DNA of 64,000 nt from Eledone cirrhosa (GCA_964016885.1 OZ024745.1:104346001-104410000), one strand, 5' to 3'. Numbered from the stretch's first letter, positions 42,171 to 57,072 are shown. Notes: a model not told the origin generated them from the sequence alone. Made by a program: numbers and translations.

Positions 42171-42966
42171 ATATATATATATATATATAATATAAAGAAG
42201 GAGTGGTCTACTGTTGGATTTGAACAAAGAAATAAATATCGCTAATCAAATAAATATCGTACGCAATCTTCTGTAGATTCTTAACATGCATCCGGTTTTA
42301 TAAATACTTTTAAGATTTTCTCGTGCACTCATGCATACACATACACACAGACACACATACGCACGCTCACACACATACGCACACCTATATATATAATACA
42401 TATATATATATATGTATATATATATAGAGATAGTCAATCGACTTTCGTCAAATCGGACAGAAGAGACAATGTTACCGTTGGTCTTTCCAATTGCTAATAC
42501 TCTCTATCGATTGCAACTCCAGGGAGAAGGAGCAACGTGAAATAAAGTGTGTTGCTCAAGGACATAACGCAACCTCCAATCCGGGAATCGAGCTCACAAC
42601 CTCACGATTGAGAATACAATTTTCTCACCACCAAGCCATACATACATATATATATATATATAAATTGTATAGACCCGTAAATCCTGAAAGAGTGGTAGGA
42701 GCGCAATATTGACGGCGTTTTAGGACACTTTAAAACCTGGCGGAGCCCATCGCCTGTCCAGGTCTGAATACAGCCGATTTTTTCCAGAGAATGGAAGTGA
42801 AAAAAAGATATAGAGGAAGACTCGACCACAGTACTAGACTGGTAGTTTTTTTATCGACTTCGGCAGAATTTAAACTCAGAGAGTCGGAACGAATAGTGCA
42901 AAGTATTCTATCCGACGTTCTAACGACTCTGTCAATTCGTCGCCTATATATTATATATATATATAC

Positions 42967-43044
<78 letters not shown>

Positions 43045-43190
43045 TTTTTTTATTTTATAGAAGAAGCTTCATTGAAGCTCCTTCTATAAAATAAAATAAA
43101 ATAAAATAAAATAAAATAAAAAAATTTTACTCTGCCATGTATTGAGTACCTTACTTACTGTGATTATCCCCGACCCAACCCGGGACCTAC

Positions 43191-43242
<52 letters not shown>

Positions 43243-44057
43243 CAATCACACCACTGTAAAACTATCACTCTATATATAGATAGATAGATAGTTTATTGAG
43301 GTCAATACTTTGGCCTGCTGCTCTGTTTTAGAAGTTTCTCCTACTCGTGATGAGGTCATCAGACTATGCTTAACACGCGCGCAAGTGTACATACATACAT
43401 AAATACATACATAAATACATACATAAATACATACATACATAAATATATATATATATTCGTACATAAATCCCTACATACATACACATATACATAAATACAT
43501 ATATCATACATACATACATACATACATACATACATACATACATACATACATACATACATACATACATACATACTGATATATTCAAATAAATATGAAAAAA
43601 ATTTTCTGGGAAGCACAAAAATTAACTGAAACAGTTTTGTTTTCTTCCGAATATGCACAAAGCCAGCATTTATAGTTAATTGATATAATCATCTGTATTG
43701 CTGCCATGATATTACTTGTAGTGGGGTGGGGAGTGGTAGATAGATCTTAGCGGTAGATAATGCTTAGCAGTATGTTGTTCTATGTTTTTACGTTTTGAGC
43801 ACAAATCCTACTGAAGTCAACTTTGCATTTCAACCTTCCGAGATCGATTAATAAGCCACCAGAATCGGTGCTTTCACCCTTAACGGGATCTTCTGAGTTT
43901 CAGAAGATCCCGTTAAGGGTAAAAGCAGCGATTCTTTGCTTAAACTTTAATCTCTATTTATAAATAATAAATATTTGCTCTACGGGTTTATATATATATA
44001 TAATCCTTATCGAGCCCTCTTCGGATTTTAGTATTCACATTTATTATTACTATATAA

Positions 44058-44155
<98 letters not shown>

Positions 44156-44568
44156 TACTGGTACCTATTTTATCGATCCCAGGAAGATGAAATGCAAAAT
44201 TGACCTTGACGGGATTTAAACTCAGAGTGTAAAGAGCCTGAACAAATACAGAAATGGGATTTCATCCGACGCTCTACCGAATCTGCTCAAATATTACAAA
44301 ATATTTAGTTAGGCAGTTTGTCATGGATTGCAGTAGACCAATAGGTAAGCACTCACTGAACCGAGTCTGTGTTAAGCTTCGGTAAGTGTTTCTTTTATTT
44401 TATTGATGATGTTAATGCCATTGGGAAGGTTTCTACTACAAAAAAAAACAATGTAGTTCTTTTTCTATAGATATGTGGCTTTGTGCATAACCGTAAAAAT
44501 ATCACTATTAAATATTCGGGGAAAATACAAAAAACGGTTCTGTAAAATGTAAAGTATTACAACTATTT

Positions 44569-44775
44569 TTAAAGCTGTTTCAATGTGTTTTCTATGTTGT
44601 CTAGTTGGACGGAAGTTTTACGAAGGATAGTCATTGTGAATTCCTTCTCTTCTTGGAATGAAAATGGAATAATATAGTTCTTCAAACTGTGATTGACATC
44701 TTTTCGAATATTACCAAACAGCTGAAAGATAGATAACAGGAATTTCAAAATGGCGTCGTATAGAGCCCATGGGTT
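44569..44775 (-). CDS. Duplicate of the terminal exon of the cytokine-like gene (Leu instead of Met at codon 13)
   Basis: Same 207 bp frame as 46814-47020, inside the gap-flanking duplication. Confidence 0.45.
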   Translation of the reverse strand, partial: NPWALYDAILKFLLSIFQLFGNIRKDVNHSLKNYIIPFSFQEEKEFTMTILRKTSVQLDNIENTLKQL

Positions 44776-45053
44776 CTACAGGAATTTAAAGCGTTGGAAG
44801 AAATTGGAAGAAAAAAAGAATTTTAAAATATTTTGACGATTGATATCTTAATCAATAACAAATGATTCCGCCAAAAGTATTATGATGTTCAATGAATCTT
44901 TCGAATTTAAATATTATTGTTAGGCATAAATTATATTACAATAAACATTATATTTGGTATTTCATTTTATCGATTTTTTATAAAGAGTTGACATCTCTCA
45001 CAATATCATAATCCAACAGTGGAAAAATAAGCTGTTTTATACCCTCTATATAC

Positions 45054-45253
45054 NNNNNNNNNNNNNNNNNNNNNNNNNNNNNNNNNNNNNNNNNNNNNNN
45101 NNNNNNNNNNNNNNNNNNNNNNNNNNNNNNNNNNNNNNNNNNNNNNNNNNNNNNNNNNNNNNNNNNNNNNNNNNNNNNNNNNNNNNNNNNNNNNNNNNNN
45201 NNNNNNNNNNNNNNNNNNNNNNNNNNNNNNNNNNNNNNNNNNNNNNNNNNNNN
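45054..45253. other. Assembly gap (200 N)
   Basis: Run of n. Confidence 1.
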
Positions 45254-45417
45254 ATTTTTTTTTTTTTTTTTTTATTTTATAGAAGGAGCTTCATTGAAGC
45301 TCCTTCTATAAAATAAAATAAAATAAAATAAAATAAAATAAAATAAAAAAATTTTACTCTGCCATGTATTGAGTACCTTACTTACTGTGATTATCCCCGA
45401 CCCAACCCGGGACCTAC

Positions 45418-45509
<92 letters not shown>

Positions 45510-46324
45510 CAATCACACCACTGTAAAACTATCACTCTATATATAGATAGATAGATAGTTTATTGAGGTCAATACTTTGGCCTGCTGCTCTGTTTTAGAA
45601 GTTTCTCCTACTCGTGATGAGGTCATCAGACTATGCTTAACACGCGCGCAAGTGTACATACATACATAAATACATACATAAATACATACATAAATACATA
45701 CATACATAATAAATATATATATATATATTCGTACATAAATCCCTACATACATACACATATACATAAATACATATATCATACATACATACATACATACATA
45801 CATACATACATACATACATACATACATACATACATACATACTGATATATTCAAATAAATATGAAAAAAATTTTCTGGGAAGCACAAAAATTAACTGAAAC
45901 AGTTTTGTTTTCTTCCGAATATGCACAAAGCCAGCATTTATAGTTAATTGATATAATCATCTGTATTGCTGCCATGATATTACTTGTAGTGGGGTGGGGA
46001 GTGGTAGATAGATCTTAGCGGTAGATAATAGCTTAGCAATATGTTGTTCTATGTTTTTACGTTTTGAGCACAAATCCTACTGAAGTCAACTTTGCATTTC
46101 AACCTTGAGATCGATTAATAAGCCACCAGAATCGGTGCTTTCACCCTTAACGGGATCTTCTGAGTTTCAGAAGATCCCGTTAAGGGTAAAAGCAGCGATT
46201 CTTTGCTTAAACTTTAATCTCTATTTATAAATAATAAATATTTGCTCTACGGGTTTATATATATATATAATCCTTATCGAGCCCTCTTCGGATTTTAGTA
46301 TTCACATTTATTATTACTATATAA

Positions 46325-46400
<76 letters not shown>

Positions 46401-46813
46401 TACTGGTACCTATTTTATCGATCCCAGGAAGATGAAATGCAAAATTGACCTTGACGGGATTTAAACTCAGAGTGTAAAGAGCCTGAACAAATACAGAAAT
46501 GGGATTTCATCCGACGCTCTACCGAATCTGCTCAAATATTACAAAATATTTAGTTAGGCAGTTTGTCATGGATTGCAGTAGACCAATAGGTAAGCACTCA
46601 CTGAACCGAGTCTGTGTTAAGCTTCGGTAAGTGTTTCTTTTATTTTATTGATGATGTTAATGCCATTGGGAAGGTTTCTACTACAAAAAAAAACAATGTA
46701 GTTCTTTTTCTATAGATATGTGGCTTTGTGCATAACCGTAAAAATATCACTATTAAATATTCGGGGAAAATACAAAAAACGGTTCTGTAAAATGTAAAGT
46801 ATTACAACTATTT

Positions 46814-47020
46814 TTAAAGCTGTTTCAATGTGTTTTCTATGTTGTCTAGTTGGACGGAAGTTTTACGAAGGATAGTCATTGTGAATTCCTTCTCTTCTTG
46901 GAATGAAAATGGAATAATATAGTTCTTCAAACTGTGATTGACATCTTTTCGAATATTACCAAACAGCTGAAAGATAGATAACATGAATTTCAAAATGGCG
47001 TCGTATAGAGCCCATGGGTT
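46814..47020 (-). CDS. Helical-cytokine-like gene, exon 5 (terminal, helix D)
   Basis: Long polypyrimidine tract then cctgtag, phase 0. Encodes NPWALYDAILKFMLSIFQLFGNIRKDVNHSLKNYIIPFSFQEEKEFTMTILRKTSVQLDNIENTLKQL*. AATAAA ~170 nt downstream (46639-46649). Confidence 0.65.
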   Translation of the reverse strand, partial: NPWALYDAILKFMLSIFQLFGNIRKDVNHSLKNYIIPFSFQEEKEFTMTILRKTSVQLDNIENTLKQL

Positions 47021-47995
47021 CTACAGGAATTTAAAGCGTTGGAAGAAATTGGAAGAAAAAAAGAATTTTAAAATATTTTGACGATTGATATCTTAATCAA
47101 TAACAAATGATTCCGCCAAAAGTATTATGATGTTCAATGAATCTTTCGAATTTAAATATTATTGTTAGGCATAAATTATATTACAATAAACATTATATTT
47201 GGTATTTCATTTTATCGATTTTTTATAAAGAGTTGACATCTCTCACAATATCATAATCCAACAGTGGAAAAATAAGCTGTTTTATACCCTCTATATACCC
47301 TATATACATGTATCCACAATCAGGTTTCGGTTCCCAGTCAAAGACATCATTGTTTTCATTTCATTTCTGTTAATTCTGACACCGAGGGAGTCCTAGAAAA
47401 TTCTATTCGTTATTCTATTATAGATATAAAGTCTTGAGTAAGGGACCTTTTGGATTAAAAAATACACAGCTATTTCACTTCCCTTACTTCGCTGATATTC
47501 TTGAAAATGTCATAAACAACGCTCTTTCTCATACCTTATTGTAAATTCAAGACTGTGTCAATATAAGAATTTAATAGCACTCCCGAGAAGTCAAATTGAA
47601 TACTCTCAATTTGATTGAAGGCGATTCCGATGTTTCATCGTGTTTTTTCTTCTTCTTCACTTTCCGGTCAACTTTCATTGAGTAGACTTATAATAAAATG
47701 CGTTCCAGCCATGACTATTCGATTAAGATAGTGAGGCTGTGATTTGAGGTAAATTTGGCTGTTATATCTAGACATTTATTTAGATTGATTCTGTTTATCC
47801 TTAAACCATCTTTGATCAAAGAGATCTAAATTTGAAAATATTCTAGATCTTACAATTTCCTTTTTATGGAAAATTATATAATATAATTGGCGTTCATCAG
47901 AGCCACGTACTCTCCTGCTTCAAAACTCCTGATTATTACTGGAATTCTATACGAATCCAGCTTCTATAATTTTCGGCGAAAGCAGGGTAGTACAT

Positions 47996-48037
47996 GGCTC
48001 TGATGAACGCTAACCAGGGTGAAACAGGCTGTCAGCT
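47996..48037 (+). ncRNA. Type I hammerhead ribozyme
   Basis: ggct-CTGATGA-acgc/gggt-GAAA-caggctg-TC-agct. Partial inverted copy at 47890-47921. Confidence 0.75.
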
Positions 48038-48447
48038 TCTCTCCCTTCTTTCGCCGAAAAGAAGTAAGTGACATAGTCACTGCTTTAAAACTGATAGCGT
48101 ATGGTCTTCTAAATGTTTTTAATTAAACATACGGTATATTGCCAAATATACTATACATACATTCATGTATACATCGCTATTTCAGAGCACCAATCCTAAT
48201 ATACATATATATCTCATTCGCTTACTTGCTTGGGTTGAATTCGTCAACTCGGACGAAGGAAACAATGTTTTTCGCTGGTCTTACCAGTTAATTAATCTGT
48301 TTGATAGCTAACAGTTTTTTGATCAACTGAAGTACGGCAAATTTAGGCGACAGGGGCTGCTTAAAATGTCGGACGCCAAAACAAACAAACAAACAAACAA
48401 AAATTATTAATAATGGAAGCATTTAAAAAATGTCATTTAATTCTTAC

Positions 48448-48669
48448 CATGATTAGAAAAGATTTTATTTCTTTTAGCTTTTTTATTGTTGTTTTCAAGC
48501 AACAGTAAGGGACATCAATACTTCCAGAATGAACACATCTTTTAGGATAATGACATTCCATGTTGTATTCCCAGGGAATTTTGCATAGTGTTTTCAGTTC
48601 GATATTCTCTATAATTTTAAATTCCTTGATATACTGATCCAAAGATGGAATTAGTAGTCCCATAATATT
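48448..48669 (-). CDS. Helical-cytokine-like gene, exon 4 (helices B and C with a Cys-rich loop)
   Basis: Acceptor tttcttattgttatag, donor atg/gtaaga, 222 bp, phase 0-0. Encodes NIMGLLIPSLDQYIKEFKIIENIELKTLCK...PYCCLKTTIKKLKEIKSFLIM. Confidence 0.7.
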
Positions 48670-49528
48670 CTATAACAATAAGAAAATAAAGTAATCTTAA
48701 TTAATATTATGTGTTTGACAGAAACAAATATTTTTTTTCAAAAGGAAGTTAATATTTTCTTATGATTTCAGATTTCTACTTTATTTAAAAGTAATTTTTC
48801 ATTACGACACACAAGGCTGTAAAAATTGAAGGCTTGAAAAAGCATCTCAATGTTCAAAAATATTTCATACAAAACGAGTTATAGAGTACTCGTGATTACT
48901 CGACATGCTAGAAAAAACAACAAAGTTCTCTTCAAACGATACCTACTTATCTTTAAAAAGGAAGACAACAGTTTAATAATAATTTCTAATATAGCACTTG
49001 TGGGTAGGGGAAAGTCAATTATATCGTCCTAAGTATTTGACTGATTATCGACCCCTGAAAAGATGAAAGGCAAAGTTAACCTCGGCGCGATCTGAATTCA
49101 GAACGAAAATGCCACAATGCATTTTTCCCGACACTCTAACGACTCGGCCAATACACCGCCCTTAATAATACTCCTGATGTATTATCTGAAAATATGATGG
49201 TGTTAGCCAGCTAAATGTTCTATAACAACGTGAAATGAAGTGCTTTGTTTAAGAACACAATGTACTACCCGGTCCAGGAATCGAACCCTTCACATTATAA
49301 TCGCAAGTCCAACACCCTACCTACTAGGCCAAGCATCTCGAGCGACCGATATTTGGAGAGTTTATCCTCCCCGGCCCGAAGTGCAGCAGAGCAGGCAGAT
49401 TGCACCAGGTTGCCGCTGAACAAAGTGTGACAGTTATGAAAAATAACAGGTTAACATCATTGGCTGCTATCAAGTTGCAAGTTTTACATTAGAGTTTTCA
49501 GGTACTAAACCAAGAATTTCCATGTCCC

Positions 49529-49640
<112 letters not shown>

Positions 49641-50211
49641 TATATAAATTAAATCTCTCCCAAGTTAACTCTCTCTCGTGTTGTTATTTTAATTTTATCC
49701 TTTATACTTTTTCTTTCATTCCTCTACACGTCTTATACACACCACGCATCTCAACGTACACCCACTTACATCTCTCCCTCCACCACTGGATCTTGTTACC
49801 CGGAGATTTACCCATTTGCATTGTCGAGGCTTCCAAACGACTTAAAGATATTTACACACACATATATATATATATATATATAGTTAAAAGAATAGAGGTG
49901 TAACACACAAGTTATTATATATTGGTAAACGGAATAGAAAATGCTGACAAATTGTTCACAGTTGAAAAATGGTTTAATTAGGAATAAAAGAGTATTAGTG
50001 ATTGTATGGGTTAGTATTCAGTTGTGGTTTTAAGTTTTTAAGTTTTTACCGGTTGCGCATTTCTAAATGCTTTTCAAAAATAATTTTGAGATAGAGTGTC
50101 CATTGTTGTTTGCTGAATACTAACCCATACAATCACTAATACTCTTTTATTCCTAATTAAACCATTTTTCAACTGTGAACAATTGGTCAGCATTTTCTAT
50201 TCCGTTTACCA

Positions 50212-50263
<52 letters not shown>

Positions 50264-50292
50264 ATGTGTGTGTGTATGTATGTATGTATGTA

Positions 50293-50372
<80 letters not shown>

Positions 50373-50789
50373 CGTTTCTGAATTTGTTTAGCAAGATTCT
50401 TTATCTGAAAACGTGTGTTGAAACCGATATTGTTATGCTTTGGGATGGTCATGTTGCCAATAAGAAACACACGCACCAGTTGCTTTCACTCTAATTTACT
50501 ATAAATTAAATTTATAAATTTAAGAATTTATAAATTTCCGGTTGGTTGGTTGGTTCCACAACCAGACAATTGTTCATATATTGTCAAAGTTCTTTCGTCA
50601 CACATTCTGTGACCTTTTCAGTGACTGGGGATTCTTTTCTTTGTTTTTGTGCCTCTCCTTTGTTCTGTCCTACGCCATCTTGTTTTTGTGTGTATATATA
50701 TATATATATTACGTACATACATACATATACATACATACATACATACATACATACATACATACATACATACATACATACATACATACATA

Positions 50790-51198
50790 CATGGTGGCTG
50801 CCAACTCGTTTTCGAGTACGGCCACTACTTTATATCCATGTAGGAGAACCCCTAACGATGTGCTGAACGAGTGTGACTTTTTAGTCCAGCCAGCAACTTG
50901 AAAACTCTGGTACAAACACTACACTTGTGACAATTATTGACACATAGTGCTGGGCTCATGGTACCATGTGACGACAAGTGCAGAGAGATCTCCAGATATA
51001 AAGCAATGCCTGTGCCGTGAAGCTTTTATAGTGAGCAAAGGCACTGCACAAAGCCAGTCCCACTCTGTTAACCAAGATGATATTTACCAAAAAGAAGAAC
51101 AAGTCAACATCATTGGATACCATCAGGGTTGCAGGTGTTATACCAGAGTTTTCCTTCTCCTAGAATTCTGCCTTGACAAAGGCTAAGGGGTCATCTCA
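50790..51198 (-). mobile_element. Non-autonomous repeat in (CATA)n, possibly RTE-derived; longer relative at 52565-53380
   Basis: Shared blocks atggtggct...gagtacggccact and ttctcctagaa..tgacaaaggcta.ggggtcat. Both copies abut (CATA)n. Confidence 0.5.
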
Positions 51199-51929
51199 TA
51201 CATACATACATACATACATACATACATACATACATACATACATCATATATATATGCATACATACGTACGTATGTACATTGGAGATGTATTAAACTATATT
51301 TCCCTTACAAAGAGGGATGTTGGGTTTGTAATCGGAGGGCGGGATTGTTACATTGAAGCAAAATCTGCAGCAGAAAAAGTTCAGTAAAAACTTTACTGAT
51401 CTTTTACAAATTATATAGCTGAGTATTATATCACTGCAAACTGACAAGGAATTCCCTCGCGATATTGTCTCCCCGTAAAACATGTTGACAGAGCAATCAG
51501 GAATTTTTAAACACACATAAAGACGACAATTACCAAGGCAGCCAAATATAGAGAACATAATGAGATAAGAATATATAAATGGAATTAGTGTATTAAGAAT
51601 TAAAATTGAAATCGAAACACAACCGACTTAAGATCGTTATTTGGAGCTAGAAAACGAAAAGAATATTAGATCTGGTAGTCAGCTTCCTGACTTTGTTTTT
51701 CATCCTTCTGGGGTCGATAAAATAAAGTACTAATCAAATACTGAGGTTGATATGATCGATTTTCCCATTTAATTAGGAAATTACAATTGCAAGCTATTAG
51801 CGCCTCTGTGAAATTATGTAAAACATTCCTGAAGTTGAATTTGTGGTATCTACATATACTCATGTTTTGACACATAGCTATTATACACGCAAGGACACAA
51901 ATACATATATACAATGATACATAAATAGA

Positions 51930-52110
51930 TATATTTCTTTATTTGCCACAGGGGCGTACAAAAATGGGACATTACAAGACGTGACGGCGGGGTTTTTACA
52001 TAAAATTAACTTTAACATTAATAAATAACAATAAACTATATATAATAAAATAACAATTCAAATCCCCAATAGGGGGGAACGTTACTGCAGGGTTGTTTTA
52101 CACCCCGTGG
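51930..52110 (-). mobile_element. Solo Tx1-like 3' UTR fragment
   Basis: tttctttatttgccacagggg...ggggtttttaca...tccccaatag matches the 3' end of copy 1 (3041-3210). Confidence 0.55.
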
Positions 52111-54399
52111 ATAGAACAACCCTCAACACCAGGAACACGTTTTGTAGGTGTTCCCATCTTCTCTCTGTTTATCTTCCCCAACCTACAGGTTTATATAGAG
52201 AGAAAGCCCATTCACTCGGACCATTTTCGCCACATTCATGTTGTCTAAATTCTAATGAATGTCTTGTTTCTGTGTTGGAAATTAATCCCTCCCCCTCTCT
52301 CTCTCTCTCTCTTTCTATGTCTTTCTATTGAGACACATATAGTGGTTTCTTACTTAGGCACAAGGTCACCAATTTTGGGTGAGGGGAATGTCGATTAAAT
52401 CGACACCAGTGCGTGACTGGTACTTTATTTTATCGACCCCGTAAGGATGAAAGGTAAAGTTAACCTCGGCGGGATTTGATCATAAAGAGCCGTAACTCTA
52501 TGCTGCAAAGCATGGCACCCGACTCTCTACCGATACTGCCAATCCACCGCTCTGAGACACACATAATGGTGGCTAATTCGTGTCAGAGTACGGCCACTCC
52601 TTAAAACAGGAAAAAAAAACGAAAACAAAACAGGCTTTGGCAAAAACGTGTTATTTATGTTGACTTTAGATGGCTCATCAAATCAGGAAGTGACTTACAT
52701 GTCATACATACCACACAAGCAAGTTTTCCGCCTGCTTCAGTTTGATTGGTTTGACATGCTTTGTTGTGCCGAATACATACACACATACATACATACACAC
52801 ATAATTTTGATGTTGTGTACATTCCAATGAGAGAGTCCTGTAACTATGTTAGAAACCGATTCAAAAATTTGTGAAATTATAAAACCAGAAGAACATACAT
52901 ACATGATGGCTTTCCCCTCGTTATCGAGTATGGTCATTGTACGATATACCATTATCAATAATTATTAACTAATTCTATCGTGCAATGCCTGTGCGTGAAG
53001 ATATGTTTTAAAATGAGGAAAGACTGTGCACTGAGCCAATCCCACTCTCTCAGTAGATATAACCCGAAAAGAAGAAGATATCAACATCATCGGTAACTAC
53101 TGAGGCGCAGGTTTTATAGCGAAGTTATCCCAGTTTCCTGAGTTGCCTTCTCCTAGAAGAATGCCCTGACAAAGGCTACGGGGTCATTCACTCCCAGTGG
53201 TTTAACCGTGCGGTACATGTGTATATACATATTTACACACTTTTGGATGGCCGTTGACTCTTATGAGTTCTTCCGCCCTTTGTCAGGTTTTCTTATTTGT
53301 CCTGCAGGGTGTCCAAAAGCACCCTCCTCACCAAGTAAACCTGGTGGGGTTGCCGGTTTAGTCGCCGACGACCCGACCATGTGACACACATACATACATA
53401 CATACATACACACATACATACATACATACATACATACATACATACATACATACATACATACATACATACATACATACATACATACAGTTCTGCTGTAGTC
53501 AACTGCCCGCTTGATAGTCAATATAGTAAAAAAAAAAATACAAGAGAAGGCGGATATCTATTGACAACCGGTGAAGAGTTTGTAGATCTAGTACCTATTA
53601 ATAGTTCAGTTTTGTACTTATTGCTATTGGAACTACGATATATATACTAACCCGCCTGGACCAAAGGATGACTTAACTTGGATATGTAGAGAAAGTATGC
53701 AACCCCTTCATTTATAAGCTATAAATAGCTGCGATATATGTAACCTTAAACACACATACATATATACATACACAAATACATACATACATACATAAATACA
53801 TAAAACAAACATACATAAAAGCTTGCACTCCGTCGGTTACGACGACGAGTGTTCCAGAGGATACGATCAACAGAACAACCTGCTCGTGAAATTAACCTGC
53901 AAGTGGCTGAGCATTCCACAGACACGTAACTTAGTTCTCAGGGAGATTTGGCGTGACACAGAATGTGACCAATGGAAACATTATTTCCTTGTTCCGATTT
54001 GACAAAAGTCGATCGACTGTCGATAGATAGGTTTTAAAACATGCCAGTCAGATAACAACACTATTACTAGCCCGACTCTATTTCCAATAGTTAGAGATAA
54101 ATGAATATATTTTATTATGGGTCATCATCCATGTAACGAGTAGCTTTTAATAACGAAGTAATGAATAAAATATTGCTTATAGATTTCCCTGAATATAATA
54201 AATTATGTAAACATGGTTGAATGAGTTTATTGTACCAGCTCTAACAACAGTTCGATGTTTTGACTGTATATTATAATCTCCTTGACATAAAAAAAGTGCA
54301 GAATTTAGTGGCCGCTTCCACAACAGTTACCTCAGTAGTGTTATTGACCAACTTTATATAAATCAAATAAAAAGAAAAACTCGGGTGCAATATCGGTTG

Positions 54400-55233
54400 A
54401 TAGTTTCTAGTGATTAGCTGTCATCAGCTTCGTATACCTTCCTGTCAGTCGATTGAACGTTTGAAAGTATATACTTTCCTTATGCATATTAACGGCTGAG
54501 CAGCCTAATTTGCATATCGAGTGAGTTAGTCGGCCGGGTGTACCGAAAACGATAAATGGAAAAATATGAAATTTCATTTCTCAATTCTTAATACGGCTGA
54601 TACTTAAATATAAGTATGTATACCTACATACATATATGTATACAGCTAGAAACTAGTTCATCGGTCCTTAGTCAGTGTTGAACAAAAGAGTAACGATGAT
54701 TGCCGAACACTGTACGGCTACTAATTCGGGCTGTTTGTTTACAAACAAACCGAACATTATAATAAATGTTCGGTAAACCCATACGTACATATATATATGT
54801 GTGCATGTATGTATATATATATATACTAGTGTACGTCTATATACATATATGTATCTACGTATACACACTTATATTCAAGTATCAGCCGTACTAAGAGTGA
54901 AAATGAAATTTCATTTTTTCCATTTATCGTTTTCGGTACACCTGGCCGACTAACTCACTCGATATGCAAATTAGGCTGCTCAGTCGTTAATATGCATAAG
55001 GAAAGTATATACTTTCAAACGTTCAATCGACTGACAGGACAGGAAGGTATATGGTGCTGATGACAGCTAATAAGCTAGAAACTAGTACATCGTTCCTGTG
55101 TCAGTGTTGAACAAAAAGGCGACGATGGTTGCCGAACACTGTACGGCTACTGATTCGGGCTGTTTGTTTATAAACAAACCGAGCATTAATATAAATGTTC
55201 GGTAAACCCATACGTACATATATATATGTGTGC
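54400..55233. mobile_element. PLE pseudo-LTR cluster (inverted plus partial direct repeats) with a hammerhead at 55051-55093 (+)
   Basis: 54400-54640 is inverted to 54840-55084, and 54644-54804 repeats at 55073-55234. atggtg-CTGATGA-agct/agct-GAAA-ctag-TA-catcgt. Confidence 0.8.
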
Positions 55234-55234
55234 A

Positions 55235-55935
55235 CGGAGAAGTATAAGACCCTCATAGAATTGGACATGAAAGGAATTTGCCCATTATACAGAAGCAAAT
55301 TATGGAATAGCTTAGATAGGACTAAACATAAGATAGGGAAAGCCACCTCATAGTACGACAACCAGAGATACCAGAGTGTCATGTTCGTGGACGCTACCCC
55401 TGGAGGGAAATTAGCTAACCAGTGTAGAAAGGCCCTGAGAAAGACCCACTTAAAGATTAAAGTGGTACAAAAGCCTGGAACTACCATAAAATCACTGATC
55501 AGCAAAACATACCCTTTTAAGAAAACCCACTGTACTAATAGGAAATGTTTTATATGTAAAGTAAACCCTCGGATAAACTGTAAAACTAGAAACGTATTCT
55601 ATAGCATAAGATGTACAGAGGGTACTTGCAGAAACATGACAACAACATACATAGGCGAGACAGCTCGTAGCATAGGTGAAAGGATAGACCAACACTGGGG
55701 GGAACTAAAAGGACGAAAAAACGGTTCAGTACTATACGAACACGCCAGACAACAACATGACGGTAACATAGGCCACATAGAAATTAAAATAATTTCTAAA
55801 CATAGAAATGACCCAGCAGATAGGCAAATCAGAGAGGCCAGTGAAATAGAACTTAAAAGGCCAAAGCTAAACAGAAAAAATGAATCGAATAAAAACAACA
55901 CCCAAACAAACAATACTGACCTAAGAGAAATATAA
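55235..55935 (+). mobile_element. Penelope-like element 3' end: Zn-finger linker + GIY-YIG endonuclease (Naiad-like), 5'-truncated
   Basis: PLYR..W..R, FVDATPGGKLA, CxxxxCxxC, NVFYSIRC..C..YIGETARS..R..QH, REASEI..P.LNRKNE. In-frame TAG at 55351. Confidence 0.85.
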
Positions 55936-56090
55936 ATAAATAAATATATATATACACAAGCACAATAACAACAAACACATATAAGCACACACTAGTAAAC
56001 TAAGACAGAATACAATAACCAAAACACAGTCACCCAAACGCGAACACACACTATACACACACGCAAACGCATGCGCAGAGAAGACAAAAA

Positions 56091-56125
<35 letters not shown>

Positions 56126-56404
56126 ACAGATTAACTAAAGATGGCGTAAATATACAATACAACAGGAGGAACATAATAGCACCACTGACGATGTTGCAAC
56201 CACAGAACTTTGTTAGACTATATATATGTGTTTATATCTATATTATATCTGTATTCTTGACCGTTGGTCAGTCAATGGTAAACATTGAGGACCGAATGAA
56301 TTAACTGATATAAAAGATACAGAAGCGAAAACCAACCAAAGAGTGAGTGTGTTCTGTTATTAATTCTGGCAATATTATTACAACAATATGACCCTCCCCA
56401 AGTA

Positions 56405-56627
<223 letters not shown>

Positions 56628-56806
56628 CATCAACAAAATAAAATGTGAATAATTGTTTCTACTTTTGGCACAAGGCCAGCAATTATTTCAGTGTATTACT
56701 GGTACTTTATTTTATCGACCCCGTAAGGATGAAAGGCAAAGTTAACCTCGGCGGGGTTTGAATTCAGACATAAAATGTGAATAATGATAATAAAAAATAA
56801 ACGAAC

Positions 56807-56902
56807 CTGTATGTCTTCATTGGTGATGTTTTTATTATTGTTGTCTTGAGTTTTAACTTCCTCGTCAAACGTCAGATTTTTATTGCCAGAAATTGCATTG
56901 TT
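56807..56902 (-). CDS. Helical-cytokine-like gene, exon 3 (A-B loop)
   Basis: Acceptor ctgcttacag, donor cag/gttcgt, 96 bp, phase 0-0. Encodes NNAISGNKNLTFDEEVKTQDNNNKNITNEDIQ. Confidence 0.55.
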
Positions 56903-56980
56903 CTGTAAGCAGGCAATATATAGACATATATCAGAAGTAATTATTTGTTTGATATGTGAAACATCATATACGTCATCTGT

Positions 56981-56981
<1 letters not shown>

Positions 56982-57072
<91 letters not shown>

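Larger units (their letters stand above)
43027..47298. repeat. ~2 kb direct duplication (43027-45053 / 45255-47298) flanking the gap
   Basis: Near-identical copies differing in microsatellite lengths and a few substitutions. Confidence 0.93.

Noticed and set aside
43300-43368. CTGATGA...GAAA on the minus strand
   Set aside because: Could not close stem I next to a cleavage triplet.
51309-51364. Possible 56 bp exon with good splice sites in intron 3 of the cytokine-like gene
   Set aside because: Phase 0 to 2 would frameshift exon 4, so it was left out of the model. It could at most be a poison exon.
53230-53380. Possible HDV-like ribozyme at the 5' end of the RTE-like repeat
   Set aside because: Could not build the nested double pseudoknot by eye. 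It needs an RNArobo or Infernal search.
56180-56280. Possible HHR downstream of the GIY-YIG ORF (CTGACGA)
   Set aside because: No intact GAAA or consistent stems.
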